Source of the DNA: an uncultured delta proteobacterium
Lineage (GTDB): Bacteria > Desulfobacterota > Binatia > Binatales > Binataceae
DNA: 64,000 bases
NCBI GenBank assembly: GCA_963794325.1
Contig: CAWCDG010000002.1
Coordinates: forward strand, 160,001-224,000
Reading direction: 5' to 3'
In this document: positions 9,089 through 19,313 of the stretch, piece by piece
How the letters are laid out: each line of letters begins with the position of its first letter
How positions within the stretch are numbered: the first letter of the stretch is position 1
Translations under genes and position numbers: made by a program
Notes under the pieces: model-generated
What the model saw: the letters and a program-made list of their open reading frames with translations, nothing else
Told to the model about the DNA's origin: nothing
Database searches by the model: none

Positions 9089-11848
9089 ATGCGGCCCCGC
9101 AATATCCTGATCGTCATCGCGGCGGTCGCAATCGTCTCGCTGCTGGCGCTGAGCTTCCTCGATCAGTTGCTGGTCGATTACCTGTGGTACGGCGGGCTCG
9201 GCTTTGCCGGCGTTTTCAGTACAACAGTCGGCGCGGAAATCGCGATCTTCCTGGTGGTATGGCTGGTCGCGTTCGCCGCAATCTTTATCAGCGGACTGAT
9301 TGCGATCGGCTCGAGCCGCAATCACGAGCGGCTGCGCGTCGTGCGCCGTCCCGACGAGATGGTCGAGGTCAATCTGCCCGAGCTGATTCGCGCGCTGGGC
9401 GAACGCGTGCCGTGGCGCGTGATCGTTGCGGGCGGCGCCGCGGTGCTCGCGCTGTTCGCGGCGCAGGGCGAGGCCGCGAGCTGGGACACTTACCTGAAGG
9501 GCTTCTACGGCGTGCCGTTTGGAATCACCGAGCAAGCCTTCGGCAACGATATCGGTTTTTACATATTCACCGTGCCGCTGCTCGAGGAGCTGCGCGATCT
9601 GTTCCTGATGCTGATAGTGCTCTCGGCCGGAATGGCAATCGCGGTCTATTGGGCGCGCGGTGCGCTCGACTTCAAGGAATCGCCGCCGCGGGTTTCGCCG
9701 GGCGCGGCGGGCCATCTGTCGGTGCTGCTCGGATTGTTCTTCATCCAGCGCGCGATGAATTACTGGCTCGGCCGTTTCGACCTGCTGCTGCATACCGACG
9801 GCGTCGTGTTCGGACTGCGTTACGTCGATCGAATCCTGTGGCAGCCCGGGCTGTGGCTCCTCGTATTTCTGTCGCTCGCCGCCGCCGTGATGTGCATCTA
9901 CAACGCGCGCGAGGGCGGGCTGCGGATTCCAGTCGCCGCGTTCGTTATCGTGTTCGGCCCCGCGCTCATCATGAATTTTATTCAGCCGGTGATCGAGCGG
10001 CTGTGGGTCAAGCCCGACGAGCTGCGGGTCGAGAAGCCCTACCTCGAGCGCAATATCGAGGCGACGCGCCATGCGTACAAGCTCGACACAGTTGACGTGA
10101 AAGCGTTCGCGGGGCAGGGCACCCTCACGCCCGCGGCGCTCGAGCAGGATGAAGCGACGGTCAAGAATATCCGGCTGTGGGACCCGCGCCCGCTGATCGA
10201 CACCTACCGCCAGTTGCAGGAAATCCGCACCTACTACGATTTTCGCGACGTCGATATCGATCGCTACTGGATCGAGGGCAAGTACACCGAAGTGATGCTC
10301 TCGCCGCGCGAGATGAATATCGACGCGCTGCCCGACACCGCGCAGACCTGGGTCAATCAGCATCTCAAGTTCACCCACGGAACGGGCCTCGCGATGAGCC
10401 CGGTCAACAGAAAGGACACGGAGGGGCTGCCGGTTTTCTTCGTGAAGAATATCCCGCCGGCATCGGACGTGGGCATTAAGGTTGACCAGCCGGCGCTCTA
10501 TTTTGGCGAGGAGCGCGACAATTACGCCGTGGTCGATTCGGCGACCCCCGAATTCGACTACCCGAAGGGCGCCGACAACGTCTTTTCGTACTACGCGGGA
10601 TCGGGCGGCGTGCCAGTCTCGGGACTTCTGCGACGGCTGCTTTTCAGCATCTATTTCAAGGACATCAACTTGCTCGTCACCGAGAATATCGTGGACAAGA
10701 GCAAAATCATGATTCGTCGCAACATCGCGGACCGAATCGCGTATATCGCGCCGTTCCTGAGTCGCGACCACGATCCATACTCGGTGGTGCTCAATGGACG
10801 CATGGTGTGGATCGTTGACTGCTACACCATCAGCGATCACTACCCCTACTCGCAACGCAACGTCGACGGGATCAACTACATCCGCAATTCGGTCAAGGTC
10901 GTAATCGATGCGTACACCGGCGAGACGGACTTTTACGTATCGGATCCCGAGGACCCGATAATCAAAACGTGGCAGCGGATTTTTCCCGCGATGTTCAAGC
11001 CGATGAGTGCGATGCCGGCCGGGCTGCGCGCGCACATCCGCTACCCGGAAGATTTTTTCATCGTGCAGGCCGACACTTTCCGCACCTATCACATGACCGA
11101 TCCGCAGGTCTTCTATAACCGCGAAGATTTGTGGGGAGTTCCGCGCGAAAACTACGCGGGGCAGACGGTGCCGATGCAGCCCTACTATGTAATCATGCGG
11201 CTGCCGGGCGAGACGCAGGCGGAATACATGCTGATGCTGCCGATGACGCCGTCGGGACGCGACAACATGATCGCGTGGATGGCCGCGCGATGCGACGGCG
11301 CCGATTACGGTCATCTGTTCGAGTATTCGTTTTCGAAGGACAAACTTTTCTACGGCCCCTATCAAATCCAGGCGCGCATCAATCAGAATCCCGAAATCTC
11401 GCGGCAACTCTCGCTGTGGAACCAGATGGGTTCGAAGGTCCTGCTCGGCAACCTGCTCGTGATTCCTATTCAGGACTCGCTGCTCTACGTCGAGCCGTTG
11501 TTTATTCGCGCCGAGAACGGCCAGTTGCCTGAGTTGCAGCGAGTGGTCGCGTCATACAGCGACCGCGTCGTGATGGGCGATACGCTCGACCTCACGTTGG
11601 CAGCGCTATTTGAGAATCAAGCTCCGCCGGCGCCAACCATCGCCAAGACGACCGCGACCCAGGCAATGCCCCAATCGATCGCGCAGGGCCCGAGCGTCGG
11701 CGCCGGAAAGGCGGACATGACAAGCGCCGCGCAACACTACAATCGCGCGATGGACGCAATCCGCGCCGGCGACTGGACCGCTTTCGGCACCGAGATGAAA
11801 GCGCTGGGCGACGAACTGTCGAAGCCATCGGATTCCGCACATCCGTGA
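9089..11848 (+). CDS. UPF0182 family membrane protein
   Basis: N-terminal TM helices, PYLERNIEATR.AY, NIRLWDP, DVDIDRY, FTHG, NYIRNSVK motifs. Confidence 0.92.
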   Translation: MRPRNILIVIAAVAIVSLLALSFLDQLLVDYLWYGGLGFAGVFSTTVGAEIAIFLVVWLVAFAAIFISGLIAIGSSRNHERLRVVRRPDEMVEVNLPELIRALGERVPWRVIVAGGAAVLALFAAQGEAASWDTYLKGFYGVPFGITEQAFGNDIGFYIFTVPLLEELRDLFLMLIVLSAGMAIAVYWARGALDFKESPPRVSPGAAGHLSVLLGLFFIQRAMNYWLGRFDLLLHTDGVVFGLRYVDRILWQPGLWLLVFLSLAAAVMCIYNAREGGLRIPVAAFVIVFGPALIMNFIQPVIERLWVKPDELRVEKPYLERNIEATRHAYKLDTVDVKAFAGQGTLTPAALEQDEATVKNIRLWDPRPLIDTYRQLQEIRTYYDFRDVDIDRYWIEGKYTEVMLSPREMNIDALPDTAQTWVNQHLKFTHGTGLAMSPVNRKDTEGLPVFFVKNIPPASDVGIKVDQPALYFGEERDNYAVVDSATPEFDYPKGADNVFSYYAGSGGVPVSGLLRRLLFSIYFKDINLLVTENIVDKSKIMIRRNIADRIAYIAPFLSRDHDPYSVVLNGRMVWIVDCYTISDHYPYSQRNVDGINYIRNSVKVVIDAYTGETDFYVSDPEDPIIKTWQRIFPAMFKPMSAMPAGLRAHIRYPEDFFIVQADTFRTYHMTDPQVFYNREDLWGVPRENYAGQTVPMQPYYVIMRLPGETQAEYMLMLPMTPSGRDNMIAWMAARCDGADYGHLFEYSFSKDKLFYGPYQIQARINQNPEISRQLSLWNQMGSKVLLGNLLVIPIQDSLLYVEPLFIRAENGQLPELQRVVASYSDRVVMGDTLDLTLAALFENQAPPAPTIAKTTATQAMPQSIAQGPSVGAGKADMTSAAQHYNRAMDAIRAGDWTAFGTEMKALGDELSKPSDSAHP

Positions 11849-12090
11849 CGGAATCGTGCGCGGTTAACTCGATCAGAATTTCGAAGTGGTAAATTCTGAC
11901 TTGACTCTTCCGCGGTAGCCCTACTAGTAGTCGGATTTGAGCCAGAGCCGTTTTCTGCGCGTTCTGCTGCGCCCCTTCGGTGTTGGTTGGCGGTTTGGGG
12001 GCGGTTTGGGGACCGCAGCGCTTTCGACATAACTCCGTTGCACGCTTGGGTTCGCCGTCGTTCGCGAGCCTTCGCGCTGGAGGAATTCCT

Positions 12091-13773
12091 ATGTACGCAA
12101 CTATCGCTCGCTTCAGACGCACCATTTTCGCTTTCGGTGGGTCTCCGTTTCATCTGATGCTCGCGCTCATCTGCACATGCGCGATAGCTGTGGGCGGCGC
12201 CGGGTCCGTCGCCAGCGCCGGTGTTTTGTATGACGCGGCCACGCACTCGCAGAAGCACCGTCACCACCACAGCAACGACTCCAAAAACAAGACGCCCGCG
12301 ATCGTAACCGAAGGCGGGCCGCTCAAGGGCTTCATCAACGGGAACATCACCGAGTTCCTGGGAATCCCGTACGCAGCACCGCCGGTCGGCGCACTGCGCT
12401 GGACTCCGCCGCAGAGTTACGGCAGATGGCATGGCGTGCTCGACGCGTCGTCGTTCGGCAACGTATGCACTCAGGGTGGCGGCGGCAGCGAAGACTGTCT
12501 GTTCCTGAATATCTACGTGCCTAACTTCAAGAAGAACGGCAATAAGCATGGCGGTGCGATGCCTGTGATGTTCTGGATTCACGGCGGCGGGCTGGTCAGC
12601 GGCGCCGGCTCCGACTATGACCCGACTCCGCTGGTCAATCAGGGCGTGATCGTCGTGACGATCAACTACCGCCTCGGCTACCTGGGCTTCTTCGCGCAGA
12701 CCGCGCTCGACACGGAAGGTCATGACGCGGGGAACTACGGTCTGATGGATCAGCAGTTCGCGATGGGGTGGGTGCAGAGAAATATCGGGCAGTTCGGCGG
12801 CGATCCGAGCAACGTTACGATTTTCGGCGAGTCCGCCGGCGGACATAGCGTGTACTGCAACCTGGCCTCGCCGACGGCGGCGGGTCTGTTCGCGCATGCG
12901 ATTTCAGAAAGCGGCTCCTATCTTATGTTCGATAATTTTATAACATCGATCGTGACGCTGCCGGTGGGAGAGACGACCGGCAGCGGCCTGGTCCCCGGGG
13001 GCGATTCAGTCGCAAGCGGGTTCGGATGCACTACCGCAGCCTGCCTGCGCGGGGTTTCCAACACCGCATTGGTCGGCGCCCAACCAGGCACCTTGTACGC
13101 TTTCGTTGATGGCACGCTGCTTACAATGACGCCCCTCGACGCGTTTGCGACCGGGAATTTCAACCAGGTACCGGTGATGGCAGGAACCAATCACGACGAA
13201 TGGCGCATCTTCGTCGCCGAGGAATATGACGCGGTGGGCAATCCAATTCTGACCGAGCCTGAATATGATGCGGCCACGATCGCGCTTTGGGGGCCGCTGC
13301 TCGGGCCGATCATTCCCTTTTTGTATCCATATGTGCCGCCCGGCGGCCAGGTACTTGGCGCTTCTGGCACGGACGGGATATTCGCTTGCTCGGCGCGCAA
13401 TGGCGATGCACTGCTCTCGAATTTCACCAACACGTACGCGTATGAATTCAACGACGAAAACGCGCCGCCGCAGCCGCCGCCTGCGGGCCTGAGCTTCCCG
13501 TTGGGTGCATACCACGGCTCCGAAATTCAGTACCTCTTCGACACCGGGTACTTCTTCGAGTTCACTGCCCCTCAACAGCAACTGTCGGCTGCGATGGTCA
13601 GTTACTGGACGAATTTCGCGGCGACCGGCGATCCCAACGGCGGCACTTTGCCGGCGTGGTCGCTCTACAATCCGACGAGTGACGTGTTCCAATCACTGAT
13701 TCCGCCGACTCCGACCACTGAATCCACGTTCAACACCGACCATCTGTGCGACGGGTTCTGGAACCTGATCTGA
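12091..13773 (+). CDS. Secreted carboxylesterase/lipase type B (PNB esterase family)
   Basis: FLGIPYA, SEDCLFLN, WIHGGG, GESAG nucleophile, YHGSE; signal-peptide-like N-terminus; GGAGG upstream of ATG 12091. Confidence 0.9.
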   Translation: MYATIARFRRTIFAFGGSPFHLMLALICTCAIAVGGAGSVASAGVLYDAATHSQKHRHHHSNDSKNKTPAIVTEGGPLKGFINGNITEFLGIPYAAPPVGALRWTPPQSYGRWHGVLDASSFGNVCTQGGGGSEDCLFLNIYVPNFKKNGNKHGGAMPVMFWIHGGGLVSGAGSDYDPTPLVNQGVIVVTINYRLGYLGFFAQTALDTEGHDAGNYGLMDQQFAMGWVQRNIGQFGGDPSNVTIFGESAGGHSVYCNLASPTAAGLFAHAISESGSYLMFDNFITSIVTLPVGETTGSGLVPGGDSVASGFGCTTAACLRGVSNTALVGAQPGTLYAFVDGTLLTMTPLDAFATGNFNQVPVMAGTNHDEWRIFVAEEYDAVGNPILTEPEYDAATIALWGPLLGPIIPFLYPYVPPGGQVLGASGTDGIFACSARNGDALLSNFTNTYAYEFNDENAPPQPPPAGLSFPLGAYHGSEIQYLFDTGYFFEFTAPQQQLSAAMVSYWTNFAATGDPNGGTLPAWSLYNPTSDVFQSLIPPTPTTESTFNTDHLCDGFWNLI

Positions 13774-13790
13774 GCTGAATCTGCTGCCGT

Positions 13791-13862
13791 GGGGGGACGT
13801 TAGCGTCCCCCAACACAAAGTGGTTCTCTGCGTGACCCGATGCGCGTTGCATCGGGTCGCGC
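13791..13862 (+). terminator. Two GC-rich hairpins after the esterase (probable terminator)
   Basis: GGGGGACG-ttag-CGTCCCCC and GACCCGATGC-gcgtt-GCATCGGGTC. Confidence 0.5.
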
Positions 13863-13912
13863 TCCTTTAGGACTCGAGGGTTCCTCTGTCATTCTCATGG
13901 CAGAGGGATGTT

Positions 13913-15583
13913 TTGAGACATGCGCTAAAGGTTAGCGATCAACTGCCGGTTGCCGCGCACCAATTATCTCTCGGCGATAGAATTTACGCTATCGTCGAGC
14001 TTGGTGTTGCTACGATCGCGGCTGAGCGATGCGCGGTCGCGTTTCAATCGACTGGCGTGAGCACCGACCAGGTGGTGCGCGCGCCGCGAGGAGATTCGCG
14101 ATGGGACGCGGCGGTGAACGCCGCGCTGGCAGCGCTCGAAAATCGCCTCATTGATGTGGGCGCGGCGCGCGGGGCGAAACCCGCGCGCGAGGTGCCGGGC
14201 TCAATTGAATCGATTGACCGGATCAAGTTGAGCGCGCGGGAAATCGCCGGCATCGCAAGTTCCGAAAAAATTGGCGAAGGACATCAGATAGCTGCGGCGG
14301 CATTCATCGACGGTGTGATTTCGGTGCGAATCGTCGTCGTGGCGCGCGTGGATCGCGGCCTCGGCGAACTGGAGGCTTCGCTTGGACTAATGGCACGCGC
14401 CGTTCTCGGCGAGTTTGCGTTAGCCTCCGCGCGCGCCGCGCTCGAGTTCTGGCGGACTCATGGCGCCGAGAACGGCCGGCAGTCGGTTGGCGCAAAGCGC
14501 GAGCTCGATAGAGAGCGGGCGGCGACGAACTATCTTGACGGGGCGGTCGCTAACGCGCGCCGCGCCGTGCCGGCCGATCGCTTCACTCGTTTCGGCGAAA
14601 TCGTCGCAAGCGGTTCCGGCTTCGATCAATGGATAGTCGCGGTTGCGGACGGCGATGATTTGACGCTGGCCGCGTCTTCTTCCGGCATCGCCCGAAACAT
14701 CGATCCAGCAGAGGCCAGCGCGCTCTCGGACAGTTTCCATCGCCACATTGTGATTGGCCACTGGCGCGATCGCGACGAAGTCCCCGCCGATCACCTCAAG
14801 CGATTTTTCGAGGATGAGATGTTTGGCGGCCCGTACGTGAGTATCCCGTTCGAGGGCGGCGCGATCGCGTTGGCCTCGCGCGATTCGCACGCATCGGCGG
14901 CGATGGCGGAGGCGATCGTCGAACGGCTGACGCCAATCGCGACCAGTTGGATGTTGGAGCGAGAGGCGGCGCGGCGGACGCGGCTGGTGCGCCAACTTGC
15001 GCTCCGAATGTTTTCCGCGGTCGACGAAGAGCGCTTGAGGATCGCCCGCGACCTGCACGACGATCAGGCGCAGTTGATTGCGGCGGTGAAGATCGCGCTC
15101 GAAGGCCCGCGCGAGGCGGCGCGCCCGATCTTCAAACAGGTCGAGGAGGAGTTGCGCCGCAAGACGCGCGAACTTCGTCCGGCCACGCTTGGTAACGGGT
15201 CGCTCGAAGAAGCAATCGAGCGCGAGTTCGAGCGGCTGAATCAGGCGGGCGTGAAGGCCAAGGTTCTTCATTCGGTCCACGGCGACAGTGTGGAGAAATT
15301 CTCGCGACCGGTGCAGCAACTGTGTTTTCAGGTCATTCGCGAGGCGCTGTCCAATGTGATTCGCCACGCACACGCGAAATCAGTCGAGGTCATGTTCGAA
15401 TGCATCGGCGGGACCGCGCGAGTCTCGGTAAGCGACGATGGGCGCGGAATCGGCAACGGCAACGGCGAGGGCACCGGCTTGACCGGCGTGCGCGAGCGGC
15501 TCGGGTTGATGGGTGGCAGATTGACCGTCGAATCGCGCGCGGGCCGAACGACGGTCGTCGCGGAAATTCCGGAGTCGGCGTGA
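13913..15583 (+). CDS. Cytoplasmic sensor histidine kinase (HisKA_3/NarX-type)
   Basis: ERLRIARDLHDD H-box, EALSNVIRHA N-box, DDGRG and GTGL G-boxes; no TM helices seen; start uncertain. Confidence 0.85.
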   Translation: MRHALKVSDQLPVAAHQLSLGDRIYAIVELGVATIAAERCAVAFQSTGVSTDQVVRAPRGDSRWDAAVNAALAALENRLIDVGAARGAKPAREVPGSIESIDRIKLSAREIAGIASSEKIGEGHQIAAAAFIDGVISVRIVVVARVDRGLGELEASLGLMARAVLGEFALASARAALEFWRTHGAENGRQSVGAKRELDRERAATNYLDGAVANARRAVPADRFTRFGEIVASGSGFDQWIVAVADGDDLTLAASSSGIARNIDPAEASALSDSFHRHIVIGHWRDRDEVPADHLKRFFEDEMFGGPYVSIPFEGGAIALASRDSHASAAMAEAIVERLTPIATSWMLEREAARRTRLVRQLALRMFSAVDEERLRIARDLHDDQAQLIAAVKIALEGPREAARPIFKQVEEELRRKTRELRPATLGNGSLEEAIEREFERLNQAGVKAKVLHSVHGDSVEKFSRPVQQLCFQVIREALSNVIRHAHAKSVEVMFECIGGTARVSVSDDGRGIGNGNGEGTGLTGVRERLGLMGGRLTVESRAGRTTVVAEIPESA

Positions 15584-16239
15584 TGGAAGATCACGGACGC
15601 ATTCGCGTGCTGCTCGCCGATGATCATCGGATCCTGCGCGACGCTCTGCGGTCGGTGCTGGCGACCGAGTGCGAGGTCGTCGGAGAGGCGTCGGATGGCG
15701 AACAGGCCGTCGCGATTGCCGCGCGCCTGAAACCGCAGGTCGTGGTGATGGACGTCGGGATGCCGGGAATCGGCGGCCTGGCCGCTGCGCGCCGAATCGT
15801 CAAAGAAACGCCGGCCTGCAAAGTGCTCATGCTAAGTCAGTACGACGACGAAGAATACGTGCTCGAGGCACTCGGCGAGGCGGGCGCCTCTGGCTATGTG
15901 GTTAAGACCGATGCGGCCACCGAGTTGCTGAGCGCGGTGCGAGCGGTCCATTCAGGGCGGCAATACCTGAGCCCGACCATCGCGCCGATCGTGCTCGCGC
16001 GCCTGCGCAACGGCGGGTCTGCGAAGGCGTCGCGCGCAACGACTCCAACCCGGCGCGAGCGCGAGGTGCTCAAGCTGATAGGCGAGGGCGCGACCACCAA
16101 GGAGGTCGCGAACCGGCTCGGCATCAGCGTGAAGACCGCCCAGGTGCATCGCGACAACCTCAAGCAGAAGCTCGAGCTGCGCTCGACCGCGGCAATAGTG
16201 CGCTACGCGATCAAGCATAAGATGATTCGCGTCGACTGA
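15583..16239 (+). CDS. NarL/FixJ-family response regulator
   Basis: LADDH, VMDVGMP receiver motifs; LuxR HTH TRREREVL...ISVKTA; start overlaps kinase stop. Confidence 0.92.
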   Translation: MEDHGRIRVLLADDHRILRDALRSVLATECEVVGEASDGEQAVAIAARLKPQVVVMDVGMPGIGGLAAARRIVKETPACKVLMLSQYDDEEYVLEALGEAGASGYVVKTDAATELLSAVRAVHSGRQYLSPTIAPIVLARLRNGGSAKASRATTPTRREREVLKLIGEGATTKEVANRLGISVKTAQVHRDNLKQKLELRSTAAIVRYAIKHKMIRVD

Positions 16240-16249
16240 GGGAAGCTTT

Positions 16250-16292
16250 CCGGTCCCCCTTCCCACGATGGGAAGGGGTTAGGGGTTAGGTT
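16250..16292. repeat. REP-like hairpin with GGGGTTAGGGGTTAGG tail
   Basis: Near-identical to 45286-45327 and to the reverse complement of 5141-5182. Confidence 0.8.
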
Positions 16293-16387
16293 CCCAGCAT
16301 GAATCTGTTCTCCGCGTGACGAAAACTCCACTTTTTGACTTGGTAAATATGACATTTTGATGCTGACTACTGCGATAGTCTGTGCCG

Positions 16388-18751
16388 ATGGATCGGGCGA
16401 AGGCAGAAGAGCGTCGCGCACGGCGCTGGTTCGAACTGGAGCCCTCCGCAGTCGAACGACTTGAACTGCAAACCTCGCCGCGCGTCTCGACCGTCGCCAG
16501 CTACGTCTTCACGCGCGCGGCCGAACGCTCGTGGGAAGTTCTCAATCAGCATCTCAACGGGCCGCAAGGCGGAGTGTTCTGGATCAGCGGGCCGGCGGGA
16601 TGCGGCAAGACGCATTTCCTTGACTATGTGATCGCGCTGCTGAGGCGGGCGGGCGCGCTCGACGCACAGAACGCTCGACGGCTGGTGTGCGGGCTCGAGG
16701 TTGCCGGGCGGATAACCGGCACGGAGGTCGAGCTGTTCCTGCTCAGCGTCCTGGCGGAACAAATCGGCGGCGATCCGCGATCCAACGATCTATTCCGCCA
16801 GATGCGCGGCGCGGCCGCCTTGAATGTCGCATTGGAAGCCGCGCGGCGGACCAACATCAGGGCGGTGACGGTCGCGATTGATTTTGGCACGTCGCATTTC
16901 GAGGCCACTTCGGAGTTTTTCGCGATGCTGGCGCAGGTCGCCGAGTCCTTCCGCCAGGTAAAGTTCACCGTGATTGCGGCTAGTCGCGCGACGGCTCCAG
17001 AGGTGACGAGTCCGCTGCTGGTTGCGCCACGCGATCCGAACGAGGAGACGACTATTGCGGTGCGGCGCGCGCGGCGGCTGCTCGAGGATGCGGAATTCGA
17101 TGCCGAGCGCACGTATGCGGGAATCGACACGGGGGGACTGGCGCCCGGCGCGATCTTCCCCTTCCATCCCGCAGCACTCAAAGCACTTCGCGCAATCGCC
17201 AATCGGCCAGTTGCTAACGGCACAGGTTTCGATCGTGCGGATATCGTGTCGTTGTCGCGGTTGGCGCGTGAAGTATTGGCGTCGTCATCGAGCGGCGCTG
17301 ATTTGCCGGCGCGCTTGATCTATCCGCCGGACCTGACGATGAATGCGGAGATCGCAAAGCTGCTCACTGTTCTACTGGATGAGGCTGGACGAGCAGCGTG
17401 GAAGATTGCGCGCGACGCAATCGCCGGTTTCGATACGTACGAGAAAGACCTCGCTCGCGAGATCGTCGACTCATTGATCGTCGAGCGCGTATGCGGTGAT
17501 ACGGCGGCGCTCCCGATCGACCAGCTGAAGTCGCGAATGCCGATCCTCGCGTACAGCGCGTCCGAGAACGGGCGGGCGACCCCGGCCGTCCGCGATTTGT
17601 TGCGCCGCCTGGAGGTTTCCACTGGCGGCGTGATCCGATTGGAAACCGATTCTGCCTGGTTCGATCCGGAGGCGGCGGGCGCGCCCGAGCTTGCGGTCTT
17701 CAACACCGCGCTCGCGCTGGCGCGCCGATTCGATCCGCGGCTTACGACCGCGCGCGATCGTGCAGATCTGGATGCGCGCCACAATCGACTCGACAGTTCG
17801 ATGGCGCTCGCGGTCGAGGGCGCGGTACGTACGCGCGAGGTGCTTGCGTCGGCGCTTAGAGAGGCTGGTCTTGAAATGCCCGCGGCGAATACTACGGCGA
17901 TCGAGCAGTATATCGCGCTGGCGGAATCGGGCGCGGCAGCGATGCTCGAAGCGGCTGCGGATCGATCGTATCTGGAGTCGGCAATCCAGATCGCCGGCGC
18001 ATACGAAATACTGGCTGCCGCGGCTGAATCGATCCCGCGGATGCGCGCGATGCGCGACTACCTGGCGGCGACCAGCTTGCGCGCTTCGCCGGACGAAGGC
18101 GGCGGCATCAGGCGAGAGCCGGCTATCACTTCGCTCGAAACCGAATGCGAGCTGCTCCGAGTCGAGCTTGGCCCGCGAATTCTGACCGGACCGCCGCGCA
18201 GCCTCGATGCATTGGAAGCTCGTTTTCAGAAATTCAAATGGACCTACGTTCAGTGCTACCTGAGCGCGCATGCACGATGGATTGAAAAGATGGAGCGGTT
18301 CGAACTGGCGGCGAACGACGCGCGCCGGTACTTCGGCGCGCTCGCGCGGCTCAACGCGATCCCAGCCTTGGGGCTCCCGGTGGGCGCGCTTCTTGGCGCG
18401 CGACTAGCGCAGGTGAGCGGGCGCGTCGCGCGCTGCGAACTGGGAGACGCAATCGCGCCCGAGACGATGCCGCGATGCCCGAGTTGCCGGTTTCAGCTCG
18501 GCGCGTCGTCGCCACAACCGGAACTCGAAGATGCGATGGAGGCAATTCGGCGCGCGCTAGAGATTAAACTGGCGGCGTTATCGCAAAGCATGATCGCGCG
18601 GCTGATTCGCAATCACGACAAGGAACATCGCCTCGAAGGATTTCTGAAAATCACCCAGGCCGCGCAGACCGACGCGCTCGTCCGAGTGCTCGACGACAAG
18701 CTCGCGCGGTATCTGTCGCAGGTGCTGGAAGAAAACGGTAGACAAGTTTGA
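16388..18751 (+). CDS. P-loop ATPase, BrxC/DUF6079-like
   Basis: Walker A GPAGCGKTHF preceded by SYVFT, IFPFHP motif, C-terminal C-x12-CPSCRF; Walker B degenerate (VAIDF). Family call from motif memory. Confidence 0.6.
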   Translation: MDRAKAEERRARRWFELEPSAVERLELQTSPRVSTVASYVFTRAAERSWEVLNQHLNGPQGGVFWISGPAGCGKTHFLDYVIALLRRAGALDAQNARRLVCGLEVAGRITGTEVELFLLSVLAEQIGGDPRSNDLFRQMRGAAALNVALEAARRTNIRAVTVAIDFGTSHFEATSEFFAMLAQVAESFRQVKFTVIAASRATAPEVTSPLLVAPRDPNEETTIAVRRARRLLEDAEFDAERTYAGIDTGGLAPGAIFPFHPAALKALRAIANRPVANGTGFDRADIVSLSRLAREVLASSSSGADLPARLIYPPDLTMNAEIAKLLTVLLDEAGRAAWKIARDAIAGFDTYEKDLAREIVDSLIVERVCGDTAALPIDQLKSRMPILAYSASENGRATPAVRDLLRRLEVSTGGVIRLETDSAWFDPEAAGAPELAVFNTALALARRFDPRLTTARDRADLDARHNRLDSSMALAVEGAVRTREVLASALREAGLEMPAANTTAIEQYIALAESGAAAMLEAAADRSYLESAIQIAGAYEILAAAAESIPRMRAMRDYLAATSLRASPDEGGGIRREPAITSLETECELLRVELGPRILTGPPRSLDALEARFQKFKWTYVQCYLSAHARWIEKMERFELAANDARRYFGALARLNAIPALGLPVGALLGARLAQVSGRVARCELGDAIAPETMPRCPSCRFQLGASSPQPELEDAMEAIRRALEIKLAALSQSMIARLIRNHDKEHRLEGFLKITQAAQTDALVRVLDDKLARYLSQVLEENGRQV

Positions 18752-18988
18752 TCCTACCTCTCCTTGTCCGAGGAGAGGTCGGCGCGCGCCGAAGGAGCGC
18801 GACGGGAGTGGTGCAACGCCGGCCGTCGCACCAACGCTTGTTGTTGCGCTGCTGTCGAGCGGCGAACTTGCGTATCTGCATAGCGATTAAACGAGTCGGG
18901 GTTGGCGACGTGTCGCGCGCTGCACCACTCCCGGCGACACCGCTTCGCGGCTTTCGCCGACCTCTCCTCGGACAAGGAGAGGTTAGGA
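18751..18988. repeat. REPIN/MITE-like element (copy 2, inverted relative to copy 1)
   Basis: Same terminal inverted repeats and inner arms as 181-418; central part diverged but alignable. Confidence 0.85.
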
Positions 18989-18999
18989 CACGGAACGGA

Positions 19000-19248
19000 C
19001 TAGCGGGCCGGGGTGATGCGTTGCTTTTTGGGCTGGCCGGGAGGAAATGCACTCGCGCGTTTGTGGCGCGGGCGCACGTTGAAACGATCGAGCTGGCGAA
19101 AGTACGCGTCGCGCACGATCTCGAGGCCCCACAGCAAAGTCAGGCCCAATGTGCGGCCAACTCCACCGACGACTTCCAATATGAGAGGCAGGCCGCGCAG
19201 CGGCTCGATCGGAACGTCAACCCGCGCTTTTTCTTGAGTGGTTTCCAT
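19000..19248 (-). CDS. Small hypothetical membrane-associated protein
   Basis: 82-aa ORF with hydrophobic stretch and basic tail, fills the gap downstream of the next gene. Confidence 0.55.
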   Translation of the reverse strand: METTQEKARVDVPIEPLRGLPLILEVVGGVGRTLGLTLLWGLEIVRDAYFRQLDRFNVRPRHKRASAFPPGQPKKQRITPAR

Positions 19249-19313
19249 CAAGCTTCAGAGTAAGTTGCCAGGCGCCCGCATGCAACCCACGTCGCGAGCG
19301 CCTGGCCAGATTG

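Noticed and set aside
8735-11407. 890-aa minus-strand ORF (similar long shadows at 5708..8092, 22467..24041, 34668..36389, 36695..38284)
   Set aside because: Antisense shadows of well-supported genes, expected from high-GC codon bias; no protein motifs.
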